DNA of 64,000 nucleotides from Patescibacteria group bacterium (GTDB lineage Bacteria; Patescibacteriota; Dojkabacteria; J137): NCBI GenBank assembly GCA_963169855.1, contig CAUJCN010000001.1, positions 17,828 to 81,827 of the forward strand, read 5' to 3'. Shown piece by piece: positions 1 to 9,770 of this stretch (position 1 is its first letter; each line of letters starts with the position of its first letter). The notes under the pieces were generated by a model. It saw only the letters and a program-made list of their open reading frames with translations, ran no database searches and was not told where the DNA came from. The position numbers and the translations under genes were made by a program.

Positions 1-62
1 ATATAATAAATGCGAACCAAGCTTTATACGTTACTATACATATTTCTTAAACAATTCTTTAT

Positions 63-1814
63 ATGAGATCAAAGAAATTCCTAATACTTGGAGTCGCGAT
101 ACTCCTTGGAATAAGTGTTGTTGCAATATTTTTAATAATGAACCAGAACCTTGCGATAGAAGATTCAGAAGCAAGTAACTCAGCAGATTTGGAAGAAGCA
201 GTAGCTGAATGGCCTGCATCCTCCGACTTAGTAACACTAGCCGCAGTTGGTACCAACCAGCAGTCTTGTTCTGATCTAAGTGGACCAGCGGTATTGGTAA
301 GTAGTGATCTACCAACATTCTTAAAGAAAGGAGAAGCATTCACAGGTACATTGAAAATATTAAACTGTTCCAAAGCAACATGGAAGAAGTATAACGGAAA
401 TAGAGGACATAACTTTGGTCCTGTAAATCCTCAAGAGAACAATACATTTGGGCCAACTAGATATGCACTACCTAACGATGTAGCACCAGGAACTTCCGTA
501 GATCTACAAGTAACTGGAACAGCACCTTCTACAAATGGAAGTCATGTATTTCAACTAGGATTAGTTAAAGAATCTGTAAAGTGGATTACACCATATCTAT
601 CTCCTCATATATTTATCGTTGGAGACTACAAGACATGTGATGCAGCAAGAGCATTGGTAAATACAACTCAAGATGCAAAACAAACACTACAAACATGTAT
701 AGATGCAGCTCCAGTGGGATCTGCAGTTGTACTACCAACTGGTGTATACACAGTCTCGGGTCAGGTTCGAGTTAAAAATACAATCAGTTTAGTCTCTGAA
801 AAAAGTGTATCAACAAGAACTGCTTTTACATGTGACACAGAACCCTACACCAATTGTGCAGTTATCAAGGCAGGAGCTACCTATAGAGGAGCAGGAACCA
901 CAGAGCCAGAAGTAGCTGTGCTAAGAGTAGCTAGTGAAAACGGAGGAAATGTTAATAATTTTACAATGGTAAATATTGTAATCGATGGAAACATTACAGA
1001 ACGTCTAGCTGCTTCAACTGGTAAATGTCTTGCAGGAGTAGCTAGAGACTTTAATATCTCTGCAAACAGTTATGGATTTAAAATGTTTAGAAGTGCATCA
1101 GTGAATGCTGTCTGCGGTACTGGACTATCTCTTTTTGGAGGAACCTCTACAGAAGGTGGTGGGGCTGTTATAGCATTTAATCTATTTGCAAAAAACGGAA
1201 CACATCATCAAGATGACGGCAATCATGGACCTTGGGCTGATGGTGCATCTATCGTAGGAAGGAATATGTATGTATTTAACAATACTTTCTACAACAATAC
1301 CGATGTAGATCTAATCTTCTGGCACAGCAAAGGAAGTCACATACATTACAATAGATTAAACCACAACAATCAAGACTACTATAGTTATGCAACATTAATG
1401 CTAACTGCAAATGTAGATGATCCAATTGGAGCAGATCACTCTGGAACTGTAATTTCATTTAACAAAATAAAGTGTGGAAGAGCATGTGGTTTTGGAATAG
1501 TTATTGGAGGAAAGAATTGGTCTCCTAGTGCTACTAAATCTTTAGGGGGAACAGTTAAGAACAATACGATTCAAGGAACTTATCAAGCAATAAGTGTTGC
1601 TGGTGCAGGAACAGCAGAAGCTCCAGTCATTATCTCTGGTAACAAGTTTGTTAATACTAAATACATTAAGAACAGTTGTGGAGAAACAACAACAGACCTT
1701 GTATATAACCCTGGCAGTGTAGTCTCACACGACTTAACTAGTAGAGTTAATAGCAAAGGTTGGAACTGTACCTTACCTAGCTGTAACTTTGATCAGAACT
1801 TCTGTGCAAACTAA
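63..1814 (+). CDS. membrane-anchored/secreted right-handed parallel beta-helix (pectate-lyase-fold) repeat protein
   Basis: N-terminal hydrophobic anchor. Repeated PbH1-like motifs (NNTDVDLIFWHS..HIHYNRLNHNN, NKIKCGRACGFGIVIGG, VKNNTIQGTYQAISVAG, ISGNKFVNTKY). Cys/Asn/Thr-rich. Long ORF with terminator hairpin downstream. Confidence 0.5.
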   Translation: MRSKKFLILGVAILLGISVVAIFLIMNQNLAIEDSEASNSADLEEAVAEWPASSDLVTLAAVGTNQQSCSDLSGPAVLVSSDLPTFLKKGEAFTGTLKILNCSKATWKKYNGNRGHNFGPVNPQENNTFGPTRYALPNDVAPGTSVDLQVTGTAPSTNGSHVFQLGLVKESVKWITPYLSPHIFIVGDYKTCDAARALVNTTQDAKQTLQTCIDAAPVGSAVVLPTGVYTVSGQVRVKNTISLVSEKSVSTRTAFTCDTEPYTNCAVIKAGATYRGAGTTEPEVAVLRVASENGGNVNNFTMVNIVIDGNITERLAASTGKCLAGVARDFNISANSYGFKMFRSASVNAVCGTGLSLFGGTSTEGGGAVIAFNLFAKNGTHHQDDGNHGPWADGASIVGRNMYVFNNTFYNNTDVDLIFWHSKGSHIHYNRLNHNNQDYYSYATLMLTANVDDPIGADHSGTVISFNKIKCGRACGFGIVIGGKNWSPSATKSLGGTVKNNTIQGTYQAISVAGAGTAEAPVIISGNKFVNTKYIKNSCGETTTDLVYNPGSVVSHDLTSRVNSKGWNCTLPSCNFDQNFCAN

Positions 1815-1870
1815 TAGAGAAAGTAAGATTGATAGAATCGTGGATAATAGAATCGTGGATAATTGAATTG

Positions 1871-1894
1871 AAAAGGCACCAAACGGTGCCTTTT
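1871..1894. terminator. bidirectional rho-independent terminator hairpin (aaaaggcacc-aaac-ggtgcctttt)
   Basis: Perfect 10-bp stem with A-tract 5' and T-tract 3', lying between convergent genes 63..1814(+) and 1914..2165(-). Confidence 0.6.
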
Positions 1895-1913
1895 CTTAAA
1901 TCTTAATATAACC

Positions 1914-2165
1914 TTATGAAAGGTGAGCAGATACAAGTTTTGTCATTTCGAACATGTTTACTTGTGCCTTTCCTCCGAAAACCTTCTTTAGTTTATCGTC
2001 AGCATTGATATTTCTCTTGTTTGTTTGATCCTGTAGACCGTTAGCTTTGATATAAGCCCAAAGTTTTTTTGTAACTTCTGTTCTTGGCATAGGTCCTGCT
2101 CCTACAACAGCTTGTAGATCTGCAGAAAGATTCATTGGTTTAGCTAATCCTTTAGGTACTGCCAT
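1914..2165 (-). CDS. SWIB/MDM2 domain protein
   Basis: 83 aa. ...LPRTEVTKKLWAYIKANGLQDQTNKRNINADDKLKKVFGG..VNMFEMTKLVSAHL is the canonical SWIB-domain consensus. Confidence 0.7.
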   Translation of the reverse strand: MAVPKGLAKPMNLSADLQAVVGAGPMPRTEVTKKLWAYIKANGLQDQTNKRNINADDKLKKVFGGKAQVNMFEMTKLVSAHLS

Positions 2166-2862
2166 ATATATTTATTAAAAATTAAATAGTACCTTACAAT
2201 CTACCATAGTTTGTTACTTTTACCAAGATACAAGGAAGAGAACGCTCTCCAAGCGTCAATATTGAGTATATATGAGACTGGATCAGAACGTCCAACCAAT
2301 AGGCAAAAATAATTAGTTTTACATAGTAAAACTTGCTATAATTGTGCATAAATTTAGTGTACAGAAATGTATCTAGATTTACCAATTTTTGATATGCCTT
2401 ATTAAGCTATCTCGTACTTAAGAATAAAATCTTCTGTGCACTTTAACAATCTGGATAAAATTTGATATCTGAAACAATATGGTAAGGTAAACCCGATGTC
2501 AGCAAAGTGTGCCTTAAAAAAGACATACCTGGCTGTCATCGGGGGAATTACCCCATACAGTTCTGCTCTTTATTTCATTGAGCAGATTCTGACCGAAAAT
2601 TTAAAAATCCTTTTCCAGGGAGGAAAACCAGGAAAGGTACGGTAGATATTGCCGTGGTCCTTCAAAAAGACCAAATGTATTGGGGAGCGCGAGGCCTTCC
2701 CGTGTCGAAAGACCGAAGTCGAAAGACAAGCCTTGTGGGGGAGAAAACCACCCGCCTAGCGAAAGCAAAGCGAAAAAATCATCTCGAGAGCAGAGGGGGC
2801 AGGAATCGTCTAAGCGGATTATTGCCGAAAACGGCCTGTTCCCTCAAAAGGAGGCAAAGGTA

Positions 2863-4572
2863 ATGAGTAAGAAATTCTTTTGGGTGCTCGCGGCAGTAAT
2901 TCTTGCCGTAAGCACCATCGGGTTTGCCGCGCTGTCAAGCGCGGCGAACGAAGCCGCAGTGGAACCGATTGTGGAGGTGCTAACACAGGTACCGCCACAG
3001 GAAGTTCAAAGCGTGGTTATTGTTGCGGCGCAACCGACGTACGCGGAATGGCAAGCGGCGCAGTCAATCGAACTGCCCCAACACCATCCCGAGTTACTGT
3101 CGGTGACCGTTGTCTGTTATAACGCAACCCATTACAAAGGCTTCGTGACGGCTCGGCCAGACGCCGACCGTCCGTCTCTGACGTGGTGGATCGTTTCGCC
3201 AGCGGGATATCTTCCCGTTGGTGAACAGACCGCGACGTTAGTGAACACGTTCAGCCGTGAAATCCTAGTGCCTGTAAGCCAGGCGAGCTACACCGAAACG
3301 GTCACGGCTCGCTGGTCAAACAATGCACAGGGAACCGGTTCGGTGACTTTCAACCGTCCACAGAACTGCCCGCCGAGTGCAACCACTGCGGCACCTACGA
3401 CGGTAGTTCCACCAACGGTTCAGCCTACAACGGAAACTCCGCCCACGGTTCAACCTACGACGGTCACTCCGCCGACAGTTCAACCCACAACGGAGACTCC
3501 GCCCACGGTGCAACCCACGACGGAGACTCCGCCCACGGTTCAGCCCACAACGGAGACTCCGCCTACGGTTCAGCCCACGACTGAGACTCCGCCCACGGTG
3601 CAACCGACAATCACGCTGACGCCGTCCCTGACGGCGACCAACGTGCAGAACAATCCGACGCCGACGCAGCCGGCTAGCACTGACATTCCAGTGTATGCGT
3701 GCGACAACGTCTCGATCCAATATGATGGGACAACGTTGGAGTACCAGACACCAGATTTGAAGTGGCACTACGGTGCAACCCTCAACGCAGGACGACTCGT
3801 ACTGGCGCAAGGGTCAGCACCGCATGGTGCCAGATTCCGTTTGGTGTACAACGGCATCGTGTTGGTTGAGTTCACTATGAACCAGGGCCAGTGCGAGTGG
3901 GTTCCGACCTTTAGCGAGGTCACGCCCACACCGCCGCCAGACCCCTGTCCGGAATGCACGGAGTACTACTGTGAAATGCAACTCGGAGACGAGTTGATTA
4001 CTCCGTACTGGGACTGGAAGCGCGGGCTGCTTTACAACGTTCGCTCAACCAAACCGTTCCCCGGCGTCCAGGTCACGTACCCCGACATCAACGGGGTGAC
4101 CCGTTTCTTTGCCCATCGCCTCACGGCGAGCGAAGTTTTGACGATCCTCGCGGAGACCGACACGGAGTTTGCGCTCGCGGGCGAGATCACCTTCAGCAAC
4201 AGCGAAGGCGTCCACACGATCGAAGGACACGGAAACGTGAACCTTATTGATGCCGCGTTCGTTGAGCTTGCCAAGGGCAATTCGCCCCACGTCCAAGTCG
4301 AAGGCGGCCAGTGCTCCGAATGCCAACAGGGCGGATGGAGCACCCGTATCGTGAATGGTGAGCTCTATTGGTGGGTGGGATACGGCGGTACGCCGTATGA
4401 CCTCGCCCTCGCAATCGAGATCGACGCGGCCATGGAAATTGGTGAGGCTTTCGCCAGGGCGAAGCGAATTTACGAACGCTTCCACGATGACGCTGCTGCC
4501 TTAGTTGCCGCCAAGAGGCCTGATCCGGGCTTCGGTTGGTACAACATAGACGGAGAACGTCTCGGCCAGTAA
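2863..4572 (+). CDS. secreted protein with Pro/Thr-rich tandem repeats and Cys-containing C-terminal domain (GC-rich island 1)
   Basis: Start chosen at ATG 2863 preceded by AAAAGGAGG, giving signal-peptide-like MSKKFFWVLAAVILAVSTIGFAALSSA. The six-frame ORF extends upstream to 2680 but has no RBS there. ~60% GC versus ~35% in flanking DNA. Confidence 0.6.
   Translation: MSKKFFWVLAAVILAVSTIGFAALSSAANEAAVEPIVEVLTQVPPQEVQSVVIVAAQPTYAEWQAAQSIELPQHHPELLSVTVVCYNATHYKGFVTARPDADRPSLTWWIVSPAGYLPVGEQTATLVNTFSREILVPVSQASYTETVTARWSNNAQGTGSVTFNRPQNCPPSATTAAPTTVVPPTVQPTTETPPTVQPTTVTPPTVQPTTETPPTVQPTTETPPTVQPTTETPPTVQPTTETPPTVQPTITLTPSLTATNVQNNPTPTQPASTDIPVYACDNVSIQYDGTTLEYQTPDLKWHYGATLNAGRLVLAQGSAPHGARFRLVYNGIVLVEFTMNQGQCEWVPTFSEVTPTPPPDPCPECTEYYCEMQLGDELITPYWDWKRGLLYNVRSTKPFPGVQVTYPDINGVTRFFAHRLTASEVLTILAETDTEFALAGEITFSNSEGVHTIEGHGNVNLIDAAFVELAKGNSPHVQVEGGQCSECQQGGWSTRIVNGELYWWVGYGGTPYDLALAIEIDAAMEIGEAFARAKRIYERFHDDAAALVAAKRPDPGFGWYNIDGERLGQ
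3409..3612 (+). repeat. tandem 30-nt (10-aa PTVQPTTETP) repeats, about 7 copies, inside CDS 2863..4572
   Basis: Protein reads PPTVQPTTETPPTVQPTTVTPPTVQPTTETP... Near-identical DNA units differ only at synonymous/wobble positions. Confidence 0.8.
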
Positions 4573-4632
4573 GATATCAAACCCACACCCCACTAGTAAT
4601 TTGTAGTGTGGTGGGGATTTATCCAGATTGAA

Positions 4633-4676
4633 AAACACCCGTCGTAATGGCGGGTGTTTCTTTTTCTTGTTTTTGA
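4633..4676. terminator. rho-independent terminator (aacacccg-tcgtaatgg-cgggtgtt + T-tract), bidirectional
   Basis: 8-bp GC-rich stem followed by tctttttcttgttttt. Sits between convergent genes ending at 4572(+) and 4685(-). Confidence 0.6.
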
Positions 4677-4684
4677 AGACTAAA

Positions 4685-6124
4685 TTACATTTCTACCAAT
4701 CCAAACAATCTCCTTTTACCAAGGCCAATTGCTCTTCTTGAACTTTTGTAAGTTTTATCTAGAGTAGCATCATTAAAAAAATCAATTATTCCCAGAATTT
4801 CTGCTGTTCGCTTTTCATAATAAGTTTCTTCCCACTTTCCAAAAACTTCTGGAAAACATGATTCAACAAACATAAGTAAATCATCAAATTTATCAAAATC
4901 TGCTACTTCATCAATAATCCATGTGTTTAAATTCATCCATCTTTCAATTTCTGGATCATATTGAGTAAGCTGTGGAGACTGACCCAACTCGAAGGTTGCT
5001 TTCAACACTTCTAACCCTTTGGACTTTCTAATTGAGTGTATAAGTCTTTCTTTTCTTATGCGATTTTTAATTGATTGTTCAAGTTTTCTAAATTCAGTTT
5101 TAGATAGCTTATTTAAAAGAAATTGCTTTATATGGTTTAGATATTGAGGAGGATTAAGATGCATATTTCCTATTACATTTGGGACTGCAAATGTTGTATC
5201 ACATAAATCAAGTCTTTGTCTATCAGCTACATTTTTAAAGTTCCCTCGACCGAAAATACCACCCACATGCTGACTTCGTCCTCTGAAGGCTGTTTGCACA
5301 ACATTACCTAAAGCAACAACTTCATCCCTATCACTACCAAAAGTGTCTCTAGATGATGGACTTGCGTAGCGTGTATCGTCTGCGTAAGGAATATCACAAA
5401 CTCTAATCGCGTAGAATCCATGATGCTTTCTCTTCTCCATTATGATTACAAGATTTCTAACTGCTTCGTCAAATCTCTTATACGCATGTGAATCCCAGAT
5501 CCCAACTCCACCTTCAGCAGGAAAAGTATCCAGAGGTAATCTAACCAAGTAATTGTTTTTTAATGCAGCTTTGATATTAGAAATAGCTGACCTATCAATT
5601 CGTGAGTCTGTATCTAAGAGAAGGTATGTTCCATCTCTATTCTGAGCCAAATATCTTCTAAGAATAATTTGTTCTCCAATTTTTCGAGATCTTTCTATAA
5701 AGTCATCGCTTGTACGACCTTCGAAAGGTTCATTAGCTAGATCTACGTAACCAATAACAATTCTGCTCATTGCAGACAACAATTTTGCATACTCATTTTC
5801 CGAAAAAGTAAAAAGCCCTTCAAGCTTTTCAAAATCTCCAGATTGAAGAATGTTTAGAACCTTGAGTAATTGTAGATTGTATCTGTACCTTTCAGTTCTG
5901 GACCACTTATCTTCGTGGGAATTGTTTACCACATAAATTATTTCAATCCTTCCTGAGTGATCTTGTCTTCCTAAATCTATCAAGCTCTTTATGAAACATC
6001 CATTTACTAAATCGTGGCCAGAAATAGGAAGTACTACACTTGTACAAATGTCTGAAGCTAAGTCTGGTATGTGCGTGGAAAATTGAGATTCGTGTTGAAA
6101 GAAACTACTGTATTCATTAATCAT
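4685..6124 (-). CDS. hypothetical protein (possible GT-A-like nucleotide-sugar transferase; DxD-like LLLDTDSRID)
   Basis: 479-aa uninterrupted ORF. Weak resemblance only; function not recognised. Confidence 0.4.
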   Translation of the reverse strand: MINEYSSFFQHESQFSTHIPDLASDICTSVVLPISGHDLVNGCFIKSLIDLGRQDHSGRIEIIYVVNNSHEDKWSRTERYRYNLQLLKVLNILQSGDFEKLEGLFTFSENEYAKLLSAMSRIVIGYVDLANEPFEGRTSDDFIERSRKIGEQIILRRYLAQNRDGTYLLLDTDSRIDRSAISNIKAALKNNYLVRLPLDTFPAEGGVGIWDSHAYKRFDEAVRNLVIIMEKRKHHGFYAIRVCDIPYADDTRYASPSSRDTFGSDRDEVVALGNVVQTAFRGRSQHVGGIFGRGNFKNVADRQRLDLCDTTFAVPNVIGNMHLNPPQYLNHIKQFLLNKLSKTEFRKLEQSIKNRIRKERLIHSIRKSKGLEVLKATFELGQSPQLTQYDPEIERWMNLNTWIIDEVADFDKFDDLLMFVESCFPEVFGKWEETYYEKRTAEILGIIDFFNDATLDKTYKSSRRAIGLGKRRLFGLVEM

Positions 6125-6221
6125 GTCGCGATTTTAACACAGTTAAGCTTTATCGGCTTTTATATGTCTAGGGTTTTCTGTTAGAATGTAAGCTAGTTAA
6201 TTAGAGTGAAAAAGTATACAA

Positions 6222-6896
6222 ATGGAATCAGCAATAATACCAATACGACACGGTAAAACTAATTATACAGAGAAAGATCTAGACCTAACTCTCCAAGGTA
6301 TTGAGGAGACAAAAGATCTAGCACGCGATATGGCTAAAGAAATTACTAGTTACGACGAGCTTATCGTACTGTCATCACCATTAGCTAGAACGAGAGGAAC
6401 TGCAAAAGTCTTTTTAGATGAATTGAATATGTCTACCGACCCAAAGATTATGCGATCGGTGAGATGTATAGATATCCATGACATAAGGGCTTTTCATGAG
6501 TTTGAGAAGACAAACAGCACAAGTGTTTATGGACAAATGTGGTTTAATCATCCTGACCTTGCAGAAACAAGTAACTTTGCCGAAGGCAGAAACCTAGTAA
6601 ACGAAAGAGCGGGTCAGTTCTTAAGACATATGTCGCAATTCGTTGCAAGAAGATCAAAAGAAACAGGGAAAAGAATCTGTGTGTTAGTGTTTACTCATTT
6701 TGAAATAGCCTCCAACTATCTAAGACCCTTATACGACACAGAAATTTTTCCTGATGTAGAAGCCCCTGGAATTAAAAACTCAGAAGCAATCAAAATTCTA
6801 GTAAATCCCGAAACCCCAAGAGAAGTTACAATCGAGGCTCGTACACTAAGAAAAAAAGCTTTAATTGATGGCAACAATCTTATTCCCTTAGACTAG
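6222..6896 (+). CDS. histidine phosphatase superfamily (phosphoglycerate-mutase-like) protein
   Basis: N-terminal IPIRHGKTNY (RHG catalytic motif). Size 224 aa. Confidence 0.55.
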   Translation: MESAIIPIRHGKTNYTEKDLDLTLQGIEETKDLARDMAKEITSYDELIVLSSPLARTRGTAKVFLDELNMSTDPKIMRSVRCIDIHDIRAFHEFEKTNSTSVYGQMWFNHPDLAETSNFAEGRNLVNERAGQFLRHMSQFVARRSKETGKRICVLVFTHFEIASNYLRPLYDTEIFPDVEAPGIKNSEAIKILVNPETPREVTIEARTLRKKALIDGNNLIPLD

Positions 6897-6900
6897 AACA

Positions 6901-7932
6901 ATGAACTTTGAAGAAGCAGTTAACAAATACTTTGCAGATCGAAACGCAAAAGTTATTTCAATTGAAAAGCTCGGTTCTGGTCTAGTGGCTGATGGATACA
7001 GAGTTGATTACGAAATAAATGGAGTTTCATCAAAAGTTGTATGCAGAAGACTTCATGGAGAAGGAATGTCTAGAGATTATCTTTCTGACAATCTAGGTTA
7101 CTTACTACTTCAACATCATATTGCAGAAACTCATCCACAGCACGTTAAATCAGAGAACGTCGTTTGTTTTGGAGAAAAAATTGAAACTTTTTCTCTTGAG
7201 GGAGTCCAAGATGTATTTCAAATAGTTGAATTTGCAGAAGGTGATAGTTATTTTAAGTATATCAGTGAAATTAAAGACGGGTTTACAGCCGAGCAAGAAA
7301 ATCTTGTAACTGGAATTACTCAATACATGAAAAACGCTCATGATATCAAACCTGAATTTAAGGAAAGCAAAAATGCAAACTTGTACTGGAGACATTCTCA
7401 GGATTTTATTGGAAGTGAAGTTTTGATGGATATTCTCGATGTTTGGCCAAATGACGATCTATTATCGATTGAACGAAGATCAGAGTTAATAAGAAATTTA
7501 TACGTTATCAGAGAAGAAACAAGACATCTTTCTAATAGATGCGCAATGATTCATTCTGATTTACATCCAGATAATATTCGCGTTTCCAACGGGGAAGTTC
7601 GAGTATTAGATTCTGCAAGAACAATCTGGGGAGAACCAATGGACGATCTGACTAGCATGCTGGCAAATTACTTTTTCTTTGGACAAAAATTCCCCGAATC
7701 TAAATCTGAATATAAGAAAGCATACGACACAATGTTAGCGACTTATTTTGATGGATCAATCGATTCAGATAGCAATAAAGTTGCAAGATTATATTTACCT
7801 ATTAGACTTTTAATCCTTGCTCATCCAATATTTTTTTCTAATGACTCTAAGCAATTGAAGAAATTCATAGTTAATTTGGCGTTATCAATATCAACAGATA
7901 AAAATTTTACACTAAACAACTTATGGAAATAA
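6901..7932 (+). CDS. aminoglycoside/choline-kinase-like phosphotransferase (APH family)
   Basis: Brenner motif MIHSDLHPDNIRV followed by VRVLDSAR (HxDxxxxN...D). 343 aa. Confidence 0.65.
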   Translation: MNFEEAVNKYFADRNAKVISIEKLGSGLVADGYRVDYEINGVSSKVVCRRLHGEGMSRDYLSDNLGYLLLQHHIAETHPQHVKSENVVCFGEKIETFSLEGVQDVFQIVEFAEGDSYFKYISEIKDGFTAEQENLVTGITQYMKNAHDIKPEFKESKNANLYWRHSQDFIGSEVLMDILDVWPNDDLLSIERRSELIRNLYVIREETRHLSNRCAMIHSDLHPDNIRVSNGEVRVLDSARTIWGEPMDDLTSMLANYFFFGQKFPESKSEYKKAYDTMLATYFDGSIDSDSNKVARLYLPIRLLILAHPIFFSNDSKQLKKFIVNLALSISTDKNFTLNNLWK

Positions 7933-8292
7933 CAAATACAAAACCTGATGATTTTATTAAATCACTTCCCTTAGAACATCGAGATGATATTGCAACGTTG
8001 GATAAATTAATAGTAAGTGTTGATCCAAAACAAAGTAGAGTAATGTGGGAAGGAAAATTCTGGGGTGGAACAGATCAGAAGATTATTGGCTATAAAAATG
8101 TAGTTTTTCGAGCAGGAACAAAAAAAAGAAGTTGAATGGTTTGCTGTTGGATTAGCATTGCAAAAAAATTACATAACCGTTTATGCAGTTGCTGTTAGTG
8201 GGAACATGTATCTGGTTGAAGAGTTTAAAGACAAACTTGGCAAGAAAGTTAAAGTCGGAAAAAGCATTCATATTGTATGGCACACACTATAG
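7923..8292 (+). pseudogene. DUF1801 (YdhG-like) family gene interrupted by a frameshift in an A8 homopolymer (8121-8130)
   Basis: ORF 7923..8135 ends ...AGTKKRS*. Removing one A continues it as TKKEVEWFAVGLALQKNYITVYAVAVSGNMYLVEEFKDKLGKKVKVGKSIHIVWHTL*, ending at 8292, which matches the DUF1801 C-terminal pattern. Confidence 0.5.
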
Positions 8293-8343
8293 TCAAGTAT
8301 TTGTTCAAAGAATGCTAAAATTAAGTGGATTATTAAACCTACT

Positions 8344-9132
8344 ATGGAAACACTAAAAATCATTTCTTGGAACGTGAACGGAATTAGAGCTGTATTAAAC
8401 AAAGGTTTTATTGACTTTGTTAAGAGAGAAAATCCAGATATAATTTGCTTACAAGAAACTAAAGCACAGCAAGGACAAGCCGAAATCGATTTGCCAGATT
8501 ATACTGAATACTGGAACTCAGCAGAAAGAAAAGGTTACTCGGGAACAGCAATTTTCACAAAAAAACCTGCTTTGTCTATTATTAACAACTTGGACATTAA
8601 ATTGGATTTAGCTGACACCTACGGAAATGCAAATGCAGAAGGAAGAGTTATTGCTGCTGAATTTGAAAAGTTCTATATAGTAACGGTTTACACGCCCAAT
8701 TCAAAAGGTGACCTTACAAGATTAGGCTTTAGAGATAAGCAATGGGATCCAGCATTTTTAAACCATGTTAAGGAACTTGAGAAGAAGAAACCAGTAATTT
8801 TCTGCGGCGATTTAAATGTTGCTCACGAGGCAATCGATTTAGCAAGACCTGAAGAAAACGAAGGCGAACATGGTTTTACCAAAGAAGAAAGAGAAGGTTT
8901 TAGCAAAATGCTGCAAAGCGGATTTGTTGATACTTTCAGAATGTTTAACAAAGAAGGTGGAAACTATTCGTGGTGGACAGCATGGGGAGGAGCTAGACAA
9001 CGAAACGTTGGATGGAGAATTGATTACTTCCTAGTGTCAGAATCTTTAAAAGATAATGTTAAATCGGCATCAATAATGCCAGAAGTTATGGGCTCTGATC
9101 ATTGCCCAGTTAGTATTACTATCGAAATATAA
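8344..9132 (+). CDS. xth: exodeoxyribonuclease III (EEP-family AP endonuclease)
   Basis: LKIISWNVNGIRA...ICLQETK...GDLNVAH...SDHCPV are the diagnostic ExoIII/APE motifs. 262 aa. Confidence 0.85.
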   Translation: METLKIISWNVNGIRAVLNKGFIDFVKRENPDIICLQETKAQQGQAEIDLPDYTEYWNSAERKGYSGTAIFTKKPALSIINNLDIKLDLADTYGNANAEGRVIAAEFEKFYIVTVYTPNSKGDLTRLGFRDKQWDPAFLNHVKELEKKKPVIFCGDLNVAHEAIDLARPEENEGEHGFTKEEREGFSKMLQSGFVDTFRMFNKEGGNYSWWTAWGGARQRNVGWRIDYFLVSESLKDNVKSASIMPEVMGSDHCPVSITIEI

Positions 9133-9770
9133 TGGAAATTGGTGAAATTGATTTTCTAAAAGTTACAGCATTTTCTGCAGCGGGTGGATTTTTACAGCTA
9201 CCTCAAGGTGAAACGGTTACTTTGCCTAAATTTGAGCAACTTGGTCCATTAGATATTGGAAAAGAATACTTAGTGATTCTTTATCAGGACAAGAGAACTT
9301 ATACAATCTACGCTTCCGAAAGAATTGACGATCATTTGATTGAATATGCAGATGATAGAGATTTTCATATTGAACAAGAAGTCGATGGTGTGGTTTACGA
9401 ATTCACAAAACTTGGGGCAAAGATTGCAATAAACAGAACTCATCGTGGATTTATTTTTGGAGAAGATATTCATCAAGAACTAGAACTCGGAGAGAAACTA
9501 AAGTTTTATATAAAAGAACTGCGAGAAGACGGACGCATTGGTTTAAAACTTCAACGCTCTGGGTACAAAGGGTTTATCGGAAATTCAACAGAACAAATTA
9601 TGAATGCATTAAGGGAAGCTAATGGTGAACTACCATTCAACGACAAAAGTTCTCCAGAATCAATTAATCAGAAATTTAAAATGAGCAAAAAGGTTTTCAA
9701 AGAATCTATTGGAAAACTTTATAAAGAAAGAAAACTTATTATTACAGATTCAGGAATTAAGCTTACTTAA
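9132..9770 (+). CDS. CvfB/YitL-like S1-domain RNA-binding protein with C-terminal winged helix
   Basis: 212 aa. Start overlaps xth stop (TAATG). N-terminal S1-like beta-rich segments and a C-terminal basic helical tail resembling the CvfB family. Moderate similarity only. Confidence 0.4.
   Translation: MEIGEIDFLKVTAFSAAGGFLQLPQGETVTLPKFEQLGPLDIGKEYLVILYQDKRTYTIYASERIDDHLIEYADDRDFHIEQEVDGVVYEFTKLGAKIAINRTHRGFIFGEDIHQELELGEKLKFYIKELREDGRIGLKLQRSGYKGFIGNSTEQIMNALREANGELPFNDKSSPESINQKFKMSKKVFKESIGKLYKERKLIITDSGIKLT

Noticed and set aside
2654-2863. 69-aa Arg/Lys-rich ORF in the GC-rich leader of island 1
   Set aside because: No RBS, extreme basic low-complexity composition; more likely non-coding leader.
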